The position numbers were made by a program, and so were the translations under genes. The notes under the pieces are model-generated. The model made no database searches. It had not been told where the DNA came from and was given only the letters and a program-made list of their open reading frames with translations. From IMG/VR virus record IMGVR_UViG_3300043436_004687, positions 62,001 to 126,000 of that record: a stretch of DNA of 64,000 nt. The stretch is one strand, 5' to 3'. Every line of letters begins with the position of its first letter. Within the stretch, counting starts at the first letter, position 1. This document shows, in pieces, positions 1-9,488 of this stretch.

Positions 1-894
1 TTGTATAGATTTAGCTAATTTATGATTCTTCATCATACCACTTACATTTAAATTTTCAATTACTATAACTTGGTTATCATTTAGTAATTTATTTGCTACT
101 TCATGTAAATAATTTTCTTTTTTATTAGTTAATTTTTCATTAAATTTAGCTAATTTTATTCTAGCTTTTTCTTTATTTTTACTACCATTTTCTTTTTTAC
201 TTAAATTCTTATGTAATTTAGCTAACTTGTTTTTGTTATTTCTAATTATTTTTAAGTTATCATATTCTACACCATTTGAATCAACTATAAATGTTTTTAT
301 TCCTAAATCAATTCCTACTATATTATTTTTAGGCGTATCTAATTCTAATAATTCATTTGAATCAACTAATATACTTAAAAAATATTTGTTTGATTTAGTT
401 TTAGATAGTGTAGCTGATTTAATTCCTTCTTTATATTTGTTAAGATAATTAACATACTTATCTGACGTTCTAAATTTAATATCTTTTAATTGACTTGTAA
501 GTGTTAACTTATTTGATAAATAATTATTTTTCTTAGATATTGCTTCTAATGGAAATCTACAACTTTGTATATTATCATGTTTTGATTTAAAATTAGGAAA
601 CCCACTTCCATTTATAAAAAATCGTTTATAGCTATCTAACAAATTAATTACAGATTGTTTCAATACTTTGGTATTATGATTAGTTAACCAAATATAATCT
701 GAATTTTTAGTTAGAGTTTGATGAAAATAGTTACCCAATTCTTTCAACCCCAAATTGCTTTTATCTTTTAAATAAGATTCTTTTTTAAGGGATAAGCAAT
801 TATTAAATACGAATCGATAGCTACCAAACAAATCATTTAAATATGATTGTTGTGTAGTATTAGGGTATATACGTATTTTAATTGATTTTAACAT
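1..894 (-). CDS. tnpB: TnpB-family RNA-guided endonuclease, N-terminal part (runs off the window start; absent from the ORF track)
   Basis: ATG at 894 reads MLKSIKIRIYPNTTQQSYLNDLFGSYRFVFNNCL, the typical HTH_OrfB_IS605 N-terminus. Confidence 0.85.
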   Translation of the reverse strand, partial: MLKSIKIRIYPNTTQQSYLNDLFGSYRFVFNNCLSLKKESYLKDKSNLGLKELGNYFHQTLTKNSDYIWLTNHNTKVLKQSVINLLDSYKRFFINGSGFPNFKSKHDNIQSCRFPLEAISKKNNYLSNKLTLTSQLKDIKFRTSDKYVNYLNKYKEGIKSATLSKTKSNKYFLSILVDSNELLELDTPKNNIVGIDLGIKTFIVDSNGVEYDNLKIIRNNKNKLAKLHKNLSKKENGSKNKEKARIKLAKFNEKLTNKKENYLHEVANKLLNDNQVIVIENLNVSGMMKNHKLAKSIQ

Positions 895-1095
895 AAAATT
901 TTATGGGTATATTAATACCCTGTTATTATAAATATAAGAATAAATTTAAAAAGTTCAATATTATTATGTTAAATTTAGTTAAAATTATACATTATGGTTT
1001 TAAATCTATTTAATTGTTTATGTTTGTATAAGATTGTTTAGATAATTAGTTTCTGTTACTAACCCTTCGTTTTAATAGCACTTCACCATATTTTG

Positions 1096-1179
1096 TAACC
1101 CTGACAAGATTCGAACTTGCAACCCATTGAGGGACAGCATTCTAAGTGCTGCGTGTATAGCCATTTCCACCACAGAGCC
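1096..1179 (-). tRNA. tRNA-Leu(UAG)
   Basis: Acceptor GGCTCTG/CAGGGTT, anticodon arm CAGCA-CTTAGAA-TGCTG, long variable arm, T loop GTTCGAATC; CCA not encoded. Confidence 0.9.
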
Positions 1180-1185
1180 TTCCTT

Positions 1186-1485
1186 TTATTTTAACTTAAT
1201 AAAATCTTCTTTTTCAATTGCTTTAGTAATCCATCTTATGAGTTCACTTCCTTTAATTTCACTATGAAACTCAGTTAAACCCAAATCCTCACTTAAAACA
1301 AGTGTATTGAAAGTTTCGGTTTGAAATGAATTGGAAACTTTTTTATGTTCAACTGTTGATATAGGAAATTGGAATGTTCCGTTAGATAAATCTATATTAT
1401 AAAATAACTTTCCATTATAATAATGAGAAAATTTAGCTAATGTTTTTAATTTGTATAATTCTTTTTTTATTTCTGTTGCATTCAT
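1186..1485 (-). CDS. hypothetical protein
   Basis: 99-aa ORF between two tRNAs; no motif recognised. Confidence 0.7.
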   Translation of the reverse strand: MNATEIKKELYKLKTLAKFSHYYNGKLFYNIDLSNGTFQFPISTVEHKKVSNSFQTETFNTLVLSEDLGLTEFHSEIKGSELIRWITKAIEKEDFIKLK

Positions 1486-1515
1486 TTTTTTTTATGTATT
1501 TAATTTATTAATTAG

Positions 1516-1601
1516 AACTGGAAGTAGGATTCGAACCTACGGTGCACTTTTCAGTAATTAGGGTTGCAATCTAATGAATTCGACCACTTTTCTATTCCAG
1601 C
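1516..1601 (-). tRNA. tRNA-Cys(GCA) with long variable arm
   Basis: Acceptor GCTGGAA/TTCCAGT, U73 discriminator, anticodon loop TTGCAAC, T arm GTAGG-TTCGAAT-CCTAC. Confidence 0.85.
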
Positions 1602-1614
1602 ATTTGTTTAAAAT

Positions 1615-1648
1615 AAAAAATCCGATTAAGTTTTAATTAATCGGATTT
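1615..1648 (-). terminator. Rho-independent terminator-like hairpin
   Basis: 12-bp inverted repeat AAATCCGATTAA/TTAATCGGATTT followed by a T-run on the minus strand. Confidence 0.7.
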
Positions 1649-1670
1649 AAAATTGTTTTATAATTATTTC

Positions 1671-1775
1671 TTAATGAAAATAATTTATTTCAAATTCCGA
1701 TTCTTCCAACCCTAATAGGATCAGTGAAGTTAAACATAAGTTAAGCGCCAATTTGAATTTATTTACTACTTTCAT
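1671..1775 (-). CDS. 34-aa Leu-rich small ORF, candidate leader peptide
   Basis: MKVVNKFKLALNLCLTSLILLGLEESEFEINYFH; below the ORF-track cutoff. Confidence 0.5.
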   Translation of the reverse strand: MKVVNKFKLALNLCLTSLILLGLEESEFEINYFH

Positions 1776-1830
1776 ATTTTTAATATTAGTTCTTTATTAA
1801 TATATAGTTTATTTTTCAAAAAAATAAATA

Positions 1831-2244
1831 TTATTTATTAATTTTATTTAAAATTTGTATTGAATTTGATATTGTTGCTTCATTGGTGCTGTTTTCTAAC
1901 AACCAATTAACATAATTTATTAAATCAAATTTATTTATCTCATCAATTTTTTTATAATTATATTTACCACTAATGACATAAAATGTGTTGTTAGCCTTTC
2001 TAAAAATATCACATCTTTTATTTTTGTAAACCAACTTAATTGAACATATTCTTTTCAAATTATCTACTTCGAATAAGTATCTATTCCCATAGACAAACTT
2101 AAATTGATTTTTGATGATAGTGAATTTTAAATTTTTGTTTACCTTAGCACCATATTCATTACATAAATCATGCCAAATTGATTGATCCTCACCCTCTAAA
2201 TTCTTATAACCATTATAAGTTCCAAAATATTTCTTATTTCCCAT
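1831..2244 (-). CDS. hypothetical protein
   Basis: 137-aa ORF in a packed minus-strand run. Confidence 0.7.
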   Translation of the reverse strand: MGNKKYFGTYNGYKNLEGEDQSIWHDLCNEYGAKVNKNLKFTIIKNQFKFVYGNRYLFEVDNLKRICSIKLVYKNKRCDIFRKANNTFYVISGKYNYKKIDEINKFDLINYVNWLLENSTNEATISNSIQILNKINK

Positions 2245-2589
2245 TTAATTAATAAATTCCAAAGCTTTGTTATAATCTTCTTCAGTAATGATGTGTTTTG
2301 ATATTGGTTCATAATATTTAATGTTTTTAATTTTATCAACAACATCGATTATTGAGTTTGAAAAATACTGATTTTCATCATCATAGTTTTCTAATTCAGG
2401 AAATAAAATATCTTCAACCTTTGAAACCATTTGATCATTGTAAACTCTAGATTCAACACATTCATCAACAACCATACCAACTATAACATCTCTATCTAAC
2501 CCATCAATCTCAATTAAATGGGCTATCAACTCATCTAATGTAGATTCGTAAGTATCGTAATGACAATACTGAGCGATTTTATTTTCCAT
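2245..2589 (-). CDS. hypothetical protein
   Basis: 114-aa acidic ORF abutting its neighbour. Confidence 0.7.
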   Translation of the reverse strand: MENKIAQYCHYDTYESTLDELIAHLIEIDGLDRDVIVGMVVDECVESRVYNDQMVSKVEDILFPELENYDDENQYFSNSIIDVVDKIKNIKYYEPISKHIITEEDYNKALEFIN

Positions 2590-2617
2590 TATTTTTAATT
2601 TATTATTCTAATATAAC

Positions 2618-2836
2618 TTAACAACAATTTTCACAATACCCATCACTTTCTTCAACCATTTTAAAAGATGGTTGAAATACTTGACAATTCTGACAATGTT
2701 CATATCCATTGGTGGACATTAAATCAATAATTTTATCGAAAGGTAAATCCACTCCCAATTTAATATTAATAAATTTTGAAACATTATCAAAATAAATTTC
2801 TTTATTTTTTAATAAATCAACTATATTATTTTCCAT
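2618..2836 (-). CDS. hypothetical protein with C-terminal Cys cluster
   Basis: CQNC...CENCC. Confidence 0.65.
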   Translation of the reverse strand: MENNIVDLLKNKEIYFDNVSKFINIKLGVDLPFDKIIDLMSTNGYEHCQNCQVFQPSFKMVEESDGYCENCC

Positions 2837-3082
2837 TATAATTTTTTTTGTAAATATATAAATTATTATTTATTAAACCAAATTTATTATTATATTTATT
2901 TTGATGACAAAGGGATACGTTTATTTAATATCAGAATAACTAATACTATTTATATTTGCAAATATACTACTTTATTTTAAACTACCAAAACAATATAAAA
3001 CTTTAACAGTTTATTTTTAATAATATTGAACTTTTTAAATTTATTAATATATTTATAAATATATAATGCCATACGATATTTA

Positions 3083-4360
3083 ATGATAACAATCAAATTA
3101 CCATATAAAGCTAATCAAAATGATATTGAAATAATAAATCAATATCAAAAAGACTATTCTAGTCTTGTGCGTAGCATATATAACCAAAAACTAAATGGTA
3201 AATCCGATATTGAAACTCGTTTATATTCTAAATCAATAAAACAACTTAACTGTTGGTTTGCTGAATCCGCATTATATGATGTAAAAACTCTAATTAAAAA
3301 TAATAAAGAAAATATTATTTTCGGTGGTAAAAAACAATTTATTCGTAGATGTAAAGGTTTAATAACCAACGAACAATATAGAGAAAGTAGAATACTACCC
3401 ATATATTCTGTAGGTCAAACCAATCAATTTGGAAATAGATTGTTTAAATTAAATATATTGGAAGACAATCAAATAATATTTAAACCAAATGCTAAAACTA
3501 AAATAGAGTTAAAATTACCTCAATTAAAACCAAATATTAAAAAACAATTATCACAAATTGAAACTTTATCCAAAAATAAAGAAATACCATTTACAATTAG
3601 ATTAAACAAAACACATGTTTATATTATATTTGAACCAATTGTAAATACAATTCCTAAATTAGATTTAAAAGAAAGATATTTAAGTATTGATTTAAATCCA
3701 AATCATATTGGGCTAAATATAAGTGAATATAAAGATAACAAACATGAAATAAAATATACAAAGCATATTGATTTAACTGTGTTAGTTAAAAATAATAACT
3801 CAAATAAAATAAAATTTGAGAGTATAGAAATATGCAAATCAATTATAAATTTAGCTAAGCATTTCAAATGTAAATATGTATTTATTGAAGATTTGAATAT
3901 TGCAGGAAAAAATCATGATAAGGGTAAAAATTTAAATAAATTAATAAATAATAGTTGGTTTAGAAATTTAGTTTCAAATAATTTAGAAAAAAGATGTAAA
4001 TTAGACAACATATTATTTTATAAGGTAAATCCAGCTTATAGTAGTATAATAGGTAATTTAAGTTATGAATATTCAGATCCAGTAAATGCTAGTCTTGAAA
4101 TAGGCAGAAGAGGATATGAATATAATATATTAAAAAATAAAGATGGTTTTTACCCAGAATTTAAATTAAAAGAGTCATTGCAACACCTATGGAAGGAAAT
4201 GGGTAATGATTTGTTTAAAGAATGGAAAGAATTATTTTTGTTTATTAAAAACTCTAAAATGAGATATAGAGTTCCAATAGATGATGTTAACAAACATCAT
4301 TTGGTTTATAGATATGAATACAGCAAACCACGTGGGTTATTTGAATATATTTTCAAATGA
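3083..4360 (+). CDS. tnpB: TnpB-like RuvC nuclease lacking the zinc finger
   Basis: RuvC-I YLSIDLNP, RuvC-II FIEDL, VNPAYSS followed by DPVNAS (RuvC-III); no CxxC. Confidence 0.8.
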   Translation: MITIKLPYKANQNDIEIINQYQKDYSSLVRSIYNQKLNGKSDIETRLYSKSIKQLNCWFAESALYDVKTLIKNNKENIIFGGKKQFIRRCKGLITNEQYRESRILPIYSVGQTNQFGNRLFKLNILEDNQIIFKPNAKTKIELKLPQLKPNIKKQLSQIETLSKNKEIPFTIRLNKTHVYIIFEPIVNTIPKLDLKERYLSIDLNPNHIGLNISEYKDNKHEIKYTKHIDLTVLVKNNNSNKIKFESIEICKSIINLAKHFKCKYVFIEDLNIAGKNHDKGKNLNKLINNSWFRNLVSNNLEKRCKLDNILFYKVNPAYSSIIGNLSYEYSDPVNASLEIGRRGYEYNILKNKDGFYPEFKLKESLQHLWKEMGNDLFKEWKELFLFIKNSKMRYRVPIDDVNKHHLVYRYEYSKPRGLFEYIFK

Positions 4361-4671
4361 TTGGTTATGTTTATATTATCTCAGAATATGGTGATGAAAT
4401 GCTATACAAAATAGGTTTCACAAAAAATCACCCATCCATTAGATTAAAAAAACTTTCCACTGGCAATTCCAATGAAATTAGACTCTTAAATTTTTATCAG
4501 AGCAAAAACTATGTAAAAATAGAAAAGATGCTTCATTTAAAATTTAATAAATCCAGATATAGAGGTGAATGGTTCAACTTAACTAAAAAAGAAGTTAATT
4601 CATTCACATACGAAGCCGAACTAGCTGACGCTCTAATAAACTTTTTAACTGAGAATAATTCCTTATATTAA
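4357..4671 (+). CDS. GIY-YIG nuclease (T5orf172/MUG113-like)
   Basis: GYVYII..YKIGFT...RL..L.TGN...E..LH....RGEWF. Confidence 0.85.
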   Translation: MIGYVYIISEYGDEMLYKIGFTKNHPSIRLKKLSTGNSNEIRLLNFYQSKNYVKIEKMLHLKFNKSRYRGEWFNLTKKEVNSFTYEAELADALINFLTENNSLY

Positions 4672-5370
4672 ATAAGGGATAAAATCGGATTGAATGCAAC
4701 CAGGAACTGGGGTTAAATTATCACCATTCATCATAATTGTAAATCTATCATCTTTTAATTGAGAAAAATTCTTAAACCAACTCTTTTCAAATTCCTTAGA
4801 TATTTTATCCAATTCAACTAAAATATGATAACCACCTCTAGTCTTAATAATATTACTAGCAATAGCATCCTCATTAATTAATTTATCTACGGTTAAATCC
4901 AACAATTCTAAATTAGATAATGAACAATTTTCTTTTAAATCAAGATCAATGTCAAAATATTTCTTAATACCAGTAACTTGAATTTGATTTAAGGCAACCG
5001 ATTGTGGATTATATATTTTTCTACCATCAGCCATCATTGAAACCAACTCTTTGGCTGTCTTCAAACCAGCTTTATGCATATCACGAGGATTGACCGTAAC
5101 ATACAAAACAAGACTTTCTTCGTTGATAGGAACCCCATCAATTTCATAAGAACCTAACTCAACTTCTAGTTTCTTAATCTTGTTATAAGCTTGTTCTTTA
5201 GTCGCAGTAAAACGTTTTAATTGACCTCTATCAGCTTTAAGCCCTTCAGTCTTATTAAATTTTTTCCTAGCAAATAAACAAAAATAAAATTTCTGACCAT
5301 CTTCCAAATCTGGTAACCAATTTAAAAATTTATTAAAAGACTCTTCGGATTTAATTATTTTATAATTCAT
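4663..5370 (-). CDS. archaeo-eukaryotic primase (AEP)-fold-like protein
   Basis: YFDIDLD (DxD motif I) and KTRGGYH (motif II). Confidence 0.55.
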   Translation of the reverse strand: MNYKIIKSEESFNKFLNWLPDLEDGQKFYFCLFARKKFNKTEGLKADRGQLKRFTATKEQAYNKIKKLEVELGSYEIDGVPINEESLVLYVTVNPRDMHKAGLKTAKELVSMMADGRKIYNPQSVALNQIQVTGIKKYFDIDLDLKENCSLSNLELLDLTVDKLINEDAIASNIIKTRGGYHILVELDKISKEFEKSWFKNFSQLKDDRFTIMMNGDNLTPVPGCIQSDFIPYLI

Positions 5371-6460
5371 TTTTTCTAATTTTAAGTTCTAAATCTTTGA
5401 TATACTCTAAAGAAACTTCTTCTTTTAAATCAGATTCTTCATATAACTTTTTAAGTTGATCAACTCTTATTGAAAAATAATCAATAATTTGTTTTAAGTT
5501 GGTTTCACCCTTCTTGATTGACAATAAAAAATCTCTATTTCCCGTTCTATCAACATTAATCTTTTTTTGCAATGGAATTTCTTCAGCTGTCATTATCAAT
5601 CTAACTGTGTGCATAATATTTTTCGAATCATATTGTTGACCATGTGCTTTATTAGTTGCAACTCTATGTTCATTTCTATTCTCCAACCATTTAGAATACT
5701 CTTGGAATTCTTTGCAACTAGTTGAATAGGATTCACGATTCCAATATATTACACCAACCCAACTATCAATACATTTTTTTGGTATTTCAGATAACCTTGG
5801 TTCATTAGTGTTATTTGATTCAACCCCTCTATATGGAAGTGAGTTTAAAGCTGGTATTAAATTACCGTCAAATAAAATAGTTGCATTATGATAAACTCTA
5901 TAAGTATCTCTAAAACCATCTAACTTAACTAACCCTAAATCTTCTTGTTTCCAATTCTTAGTTGATAACCATTCAGTTAAATTATGTGTTTTACCATCTT
6001 GTTTATCTATCACCTTACAAAAATCAACAATAGTTTTTCTTTCAATTCTTTTTTCTTCCCAATTGAATTTTTTATTTATACCTTGAGATTTAAGTAATTG
6101 AGTTTTAGCATAACCACTAAATGTGTTGTAACAATTTTTAGATAGAAATTCAAATCTATGTTTTCTAATGAATTCAAATTCTGGTGATGTTTCTATTATA
6201 CATCTTTCGGGTAAATAAAGTAACTCCAACACATTTGGATTACCTACTGAGAGTAATTCCAAAAAGCGTCTAAGTTCATATGCTACATCATCCTTATTTA
6301 TATCTACTTGTGGTAAATAATTGTTTGATAAGATATCATCATTACTTTGCAAATAAACTGATTTATAGTCAGTATCCGAAGTTTCTGTTGCTAAACCATA
6401 GGATTGAGAACCCACAATACCTCTAAATAATAACCTATCTGTATTTTTTAATTCTTTCAT
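5360..6460 (-). CDS. Pol-beta-superfamily nucleotidyltransferase (RlaP / T4 NrdC.11-like)
   Basis: GSQSYGLATETSDTDY (GS..DxD), GNPNVLELL, KNIMHTVRL. Confidence 0.85.
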   Translation of the reverse strand: MKELKNTDRLLFRGIVGSQSYGLATETSDTDYKSVYLQSNDDILSNNYLPQVDINKDDVAYELRRFLELLSVGNPNVLELLYLPERCIIETSPEFEFIRKHRFEFLSKNCYNTFSGYAKTQLLKSQGINKKFNWEEKRIERKTIVDFCKVIDKQDGKTHNLTEWLSTKNWKQEDLGLVKLDGFRDTYRVYHNATILFDGNLIPALNSLPYRGVESNNTNEPRLSEIPKKCIDSWVGVIYWNRESYSTSCKEFQEYSKWLENRNEHRVATNKAHGQQYDSKNIMHTVRLIMTAEEIPLQKKINVDRTGNRDFLLSIKKGETNLKQIIDYFSIRVDQLKKLYEESDLKEEVSLEYIKDLELKIRKNEL

Positions 6461-6464
6461 ATTT

Positions 6465-7262
6465 TTATATTAATTCATTTAACGATTTTATTCTTTTGAA
6501 ACCAACATCATACCTTCTATTATGCGGTGCATCAAAAAGAAAACAACATATATTAGCATTATTTAATTCAACAAAGTTTTCAAATCTATCATCCACATAA
6601 ATATCAACACCACTATTCCTCACTGCCTCTACTTTACTCATACCATGACCTATACTATACACTGGTAATGTTGGAAAACCATTCTTATCTAACCATTCTT
6701 CAGTCCATTCTTTAGGTATAGATCTAGAAGTTATGTAACAATGGGGTTCAAATGGGATTTCAGATGGTGGCGTTTTTACTGGTATTGATAACCAAAATTC
6801 TTTGTTGTTTTTTAATGATTCAAATTTATCTGCAATATCCCGATCAAAATTCCAATTTTCTGGTATTGTTTGTTTATGATGTTTAGTCCAATGTCCCACC
6901 CAATCAGCTAATACTTCATCAATATCTAAACCTATTTTAGCTCTTTTCAAATAATTATGGGGTCTATCATCACCTTGTGGATAAATTTTATAATACTCGG
7001 TTAAAAAAGCTGCATTACACATAATATGAGCTGAATGTAAAAGACCAGTTTCCTTATCATAATCCTCACCTCTCTCAAAAGCTAAAGTATGTCTTTTTAA
7101 AGAAGCCAATACTTTACTCCATTTCATACCTAATTCCCAATTCCTTTCAGCATATTTTTCACTACCTTTGGTTAAAACTTGTGCATATTGTTCTTGCGCA
7201 AATATTGGTACTAGATCATGTCTAGTCTTACCCTCATTAAATCTTAAACCTTCATTTTTCAT
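6465..7262 (-). CDS. fusion of a dATP/dGTP diphosphohydrolase domain (DUF5664-like) and a HAD-type deoxyribonucleotidase domain
   Basis: N-terminal GKTRHDL..GSEKY..NW..G..W..RH..GE..D.ETGL.H.AH; C-terminal IGLDIDEVLAD and YVDD. Confidence 0.8.
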   Translation of the reverse strand: MKNEGLRFNEGKTRHDLVPIFAQEQYAQVLTKGSEKYAERNWELGMKWSKVLASLKRHTLAFERGEDYDKETGLLHSAHIMCNAAFLTEYYKIYPQGDDRPHNYLKRAKIGLDIDEVLADWVGHWTKHHKQTIPENWNFDRDIADKFESLKNNKEFWLSIPVKTPPSEIPFEPHCYITSRSIPKEWTEEWLDKNGFPTLPVYSIGHGMSKVEAVRNSGVDIYVDDRFENFVELNNANICCFLFDAPHNRRYDVGFKRIKSLNELI

Positions 7263-7281
7263 TTATTATATTTTTATTATG

Positions 7282-7312
7282 CAAATATAATAAAAATTAT
7301 TTAATTTACAAA
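7282..7312 (-). promoter_or_regulatory. Bacteroidota-type sigma-A promoter (-33 TTTG / -7 TATATTTG)
   Basis: TTTG-19 nt-TATATTTG, 20 nt upstream of the 7262 start. Confidence 0.7.
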
Positions 7313-7332
7313 TTTTTTTAATATATTTAATT

Positions 7333-8046
7333 ATGATTACATATATTTACACATTATCAGACCCTATAACTAATCAAATTAAATATGTTGGTAAAACTAA
7401 TAATTTAAAACAAAGACTAGCTAACCATATTAGTGATGGGAGAATAAATAAAAAAAATAATTTATTAACTAATTGGATAAAATCACTTTTAAATCAAAAT
7501 TTAAAACCTAAAATAGAAATTATTGATGAAACAGTAGAAAATTGGGGTGATTTAGAACAATATTGGATATCACAACTTAAAACCTGGGGTTTTACATTAA
7601 AAAATATAACTTTAGGCGGTGAAGGAACTTATGGGCGCATTTGGTCACAAATTTCTATTAATAAAATTAGAGATACAAGATTAGCGAAGATTAAAAGTGG
7701 TGAAATTATACCAACTAAGCATAGCGAAGAATGGAAAGAAATATTAAGAAATAAATATTCAATTAACGACCCAATAATTAAAAAATTATTTAAAGAAAAT
7801 AAGGCTACTAAAGAAATAGCTGAAGAATTAGGTGTTACTACTAAAACAATATGTAGTAGATTAAAAAAAATTAATTTAACTTATAAATATAATATTGACA
7901 ATAGAATTATTCATGAAATGATTGAATCTGGTTTTAATTATTCACAAATTGCTAAAAAATTAAATGTATCTACCAGTACTATTAGTAGGAAATATAGGAA
8001 TTCAGAATTTTATACTGGAAAAAGAAGTAAATGGGATTATACTTAG
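7333..8046 (+). CDS. free-standing GIY-YIG homing endonuclease with C-terminal HTH domains
   Basis: YIYTL.DP....KYVGKT; NITLGGEG; two HTH-like segments; opposite strand to its neighbours. Confidence 0.85.
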   Translation: MITYIYTLSDPITNQIKYVGKTNNLKQRLANHISDGRINKKNNLLTNWIKSLLNQNLKPKIEIIDETVENWGDLEQYWISQLKTWGFTLKNITLGGEGTYGRIWSQISINKIRDTRLAKIKSGEIIPTKHSEEWKEILRNKYSINDPIIKKLFKENKATKEIAEELGVTTKTICSRLKKINLTYKYNIDNRIIHEMIESGFNYSQIAKKLNVSTSTISRKYRNSEFYTGKRSKWDYT

Positions 8047-8059
8047 TATTTTTCTAATT

Positions 8060-8506
8060 TTATTTTTCATTTATATATTTAATTATTTCGTTGTAATCTT
8101 CATTTTTTATCTTTTTATAACAACAACTATATAAGTCGTTGTTAGTATTTTTAGTTAAAGCTGGACAACCACTCCCTAACATAACTTTACAATATGTTTT
8201 AACATCAAAATTCCAATCAGCATTTTTAGGTACATTAATCAAACCTAACTCTTCATCTATTTTACAAGGTAATTTTCTCTCTTTTTTAATAGATTGCCAG
8301 GATTTTTTAAATTCTGTCTCAACAACCATTCTATGAGGTACTTTTAATTCTAAATTAGGATTTAATTTAGTGGTTAGAAAATAATAACCACTAAAATACA
8401 TATTTAAAATTATTTTATCCACTAAACAAGGTTGCATTAAATCAGTAATGATTATCTCTTCTTTAGAACCTCTAATTTTATACGTTCCATTTTTTAATCT
8501 ATCCAT
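8060..8506 (-). CDS. hypothetical protein
   Basis: 148-aa ORF overlapping the upstream gene end. Confidence 0.65.
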   Translation of the reverse strand: MDRLKNGTYKIRGSKEEIIITDLMQPCLVDKIILNMYFSGYYFLTTKLNPNLELKVPHRMVVETEFKKSWQSIKKERKLPCKIDEELGLINVPKNADWNFDVKTYCKVMLGSGCPALTKNTNNDLYSCCYKKIKNEDYNEIIKYINEK

Positions 8507-9305
8507 TATATTGATTGTATAAATAATTCTTTGTGTTAACCCAAGATTTTAATTCAAAATCATAAACTTCATTAGAAAGTTCCATAAATATAGGGCTATG
8601 AGTAACAATTATTAATTGATTATTTTTACTAATCGTATTTAATAATTTTCTCATTTTTAATTGAGTTTTAATTGAAAGGCTTGTTTCTGGTTCATCTAAA
8701 ACAATAAAACTATCCTTAATGTCTTTCAAGCTATTTAAAAAATCAATAGTGCTTTCACCATTAGAATCCGTTTGCATGTCCCACATATTTATAATATTTT
8801 GTGGTTTCATATAACCAGAATTATCAGTATGATTTTTTTTATAATCATTGATAAAACTATTTTTATGCACATTCTGCTCAATAACAAAGTATTGTGGGTT
8901 TGCTTTAAACTTTAAAGAATATTCTTTATTAGAAACCCATTTTGCAATTCTTTCTTTAATTATTTCATCATCAGATTTGTTACTAAAATTTAAACCAACT
9001 TCTAATTTTGGTGGTTTGAAATATTTTAATAATGACGATTTTCCACATCCATTATCACCAACAATAATAGTTAATGGTTTAAAATCAATTGATAATTCTT
9101 TATTAAAAATAATAAAAGATTTTTCAACAACTTTCATTTTTTCATAACCAATTTGCCTACCAAATCTAGCATTTTTATCATAAATTGGTTTCCTCCTATT
9201 GTCCGTTGTATATCTTTTAGTTTTAACCTTAAACTTTTTCTTATGATCTTCTCTCGTAGATTCAAAAGTAACGTCAGAATTAAATGTAATATTATTTAAA
9301 AACAT
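8499..9305 (-). CDS. ABC/AAA_21-type ATPase
   Basis: Walker A GDNGCGKS, signature SNGE, Walker B VLDEPE, H-loop VTHS. Confidence 0.85.
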   Translation of the reverse strand: MFLNNITFNSDVTFESTREDHKKKFKVKTKRYTTDNRRKPIYDKNARFGRQIGYEKMKVVEKSFIIFNKELSIDFKPLTIIVGDNGCGKSSLLKYFKPPKLEVGLNFSNKSDDEIIKERIAKWVSNKEYSLKFKANPQYFVIEQNVHKNSFINDYKKNHTDNSGYMKPQNIINMWDMQTDSNGESTIDFLNSLKDIKDSFIVLDEPETSLSIKTQLKMRKLLNTISKNNQLIIVTHSPIFMELSNEVYDFELKSWVNTKNYLYNQYNG

Positions 9306-9488
9306 ATCTTATTATTTTTCAATTAATACAGCAAAGATAAAACAAAATATTCAATTAAAAAAATTATTTATCATTTTTTAATTCCCTTAAAACATCTTTC
9401 AAAATTAAAATTCTAATTTTAAAAGAATCAATTTCATATTTTTCTAATTCAAGAATTTTATCTTCAATTATTTTTATTGCTTTTTCCA

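Noticed and set aside
227-448. Plus-strand 73-aa ORF and similar antisense ORFs (for example 3154, 8139, 8848, 11445, 14778, 15151, 15820, 16438, 19421, 27416, 28877, 29239, 31320, 34974, 45854, 48899, 49495, 54627, 55167, 55809, 57238, 61798)
   Set aside because: Shadow frames lying opposite well-supported genes or tRNAs, with F/L/S/I-rich composition typical of antisense AT-rich sequence.
905-920. GGGTAT-ATTA-ATACCC hairpin as an IS200/IS605 left-end hairpin
   Set aside because: It lies downstream of the promoter motif, in the 5' UTR rather than at a defined end, and no Y1 TnpA is in the window; role unsupported.
1096-1179. Amber suppressor tRNA or stop-codon recoding
   Set aside because: Anticodon UAG reads CUA (Leu); a suppressor would need CUA. 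Genes are intact in code 11, and the one internal stop is an isolated TAA.
2837-3082. Possible CRISPR array next to the TnpB-like gene
   Set aside because: No regularly spaced direct repeats here or anywhere else I could see in the window.
6465-7262. 2-aminoadenine (Z-genome) pathway
   Set aside because: A DUF5664-like domain is present but no PurZ or DatZ gene is in the window; insufficient on its own.
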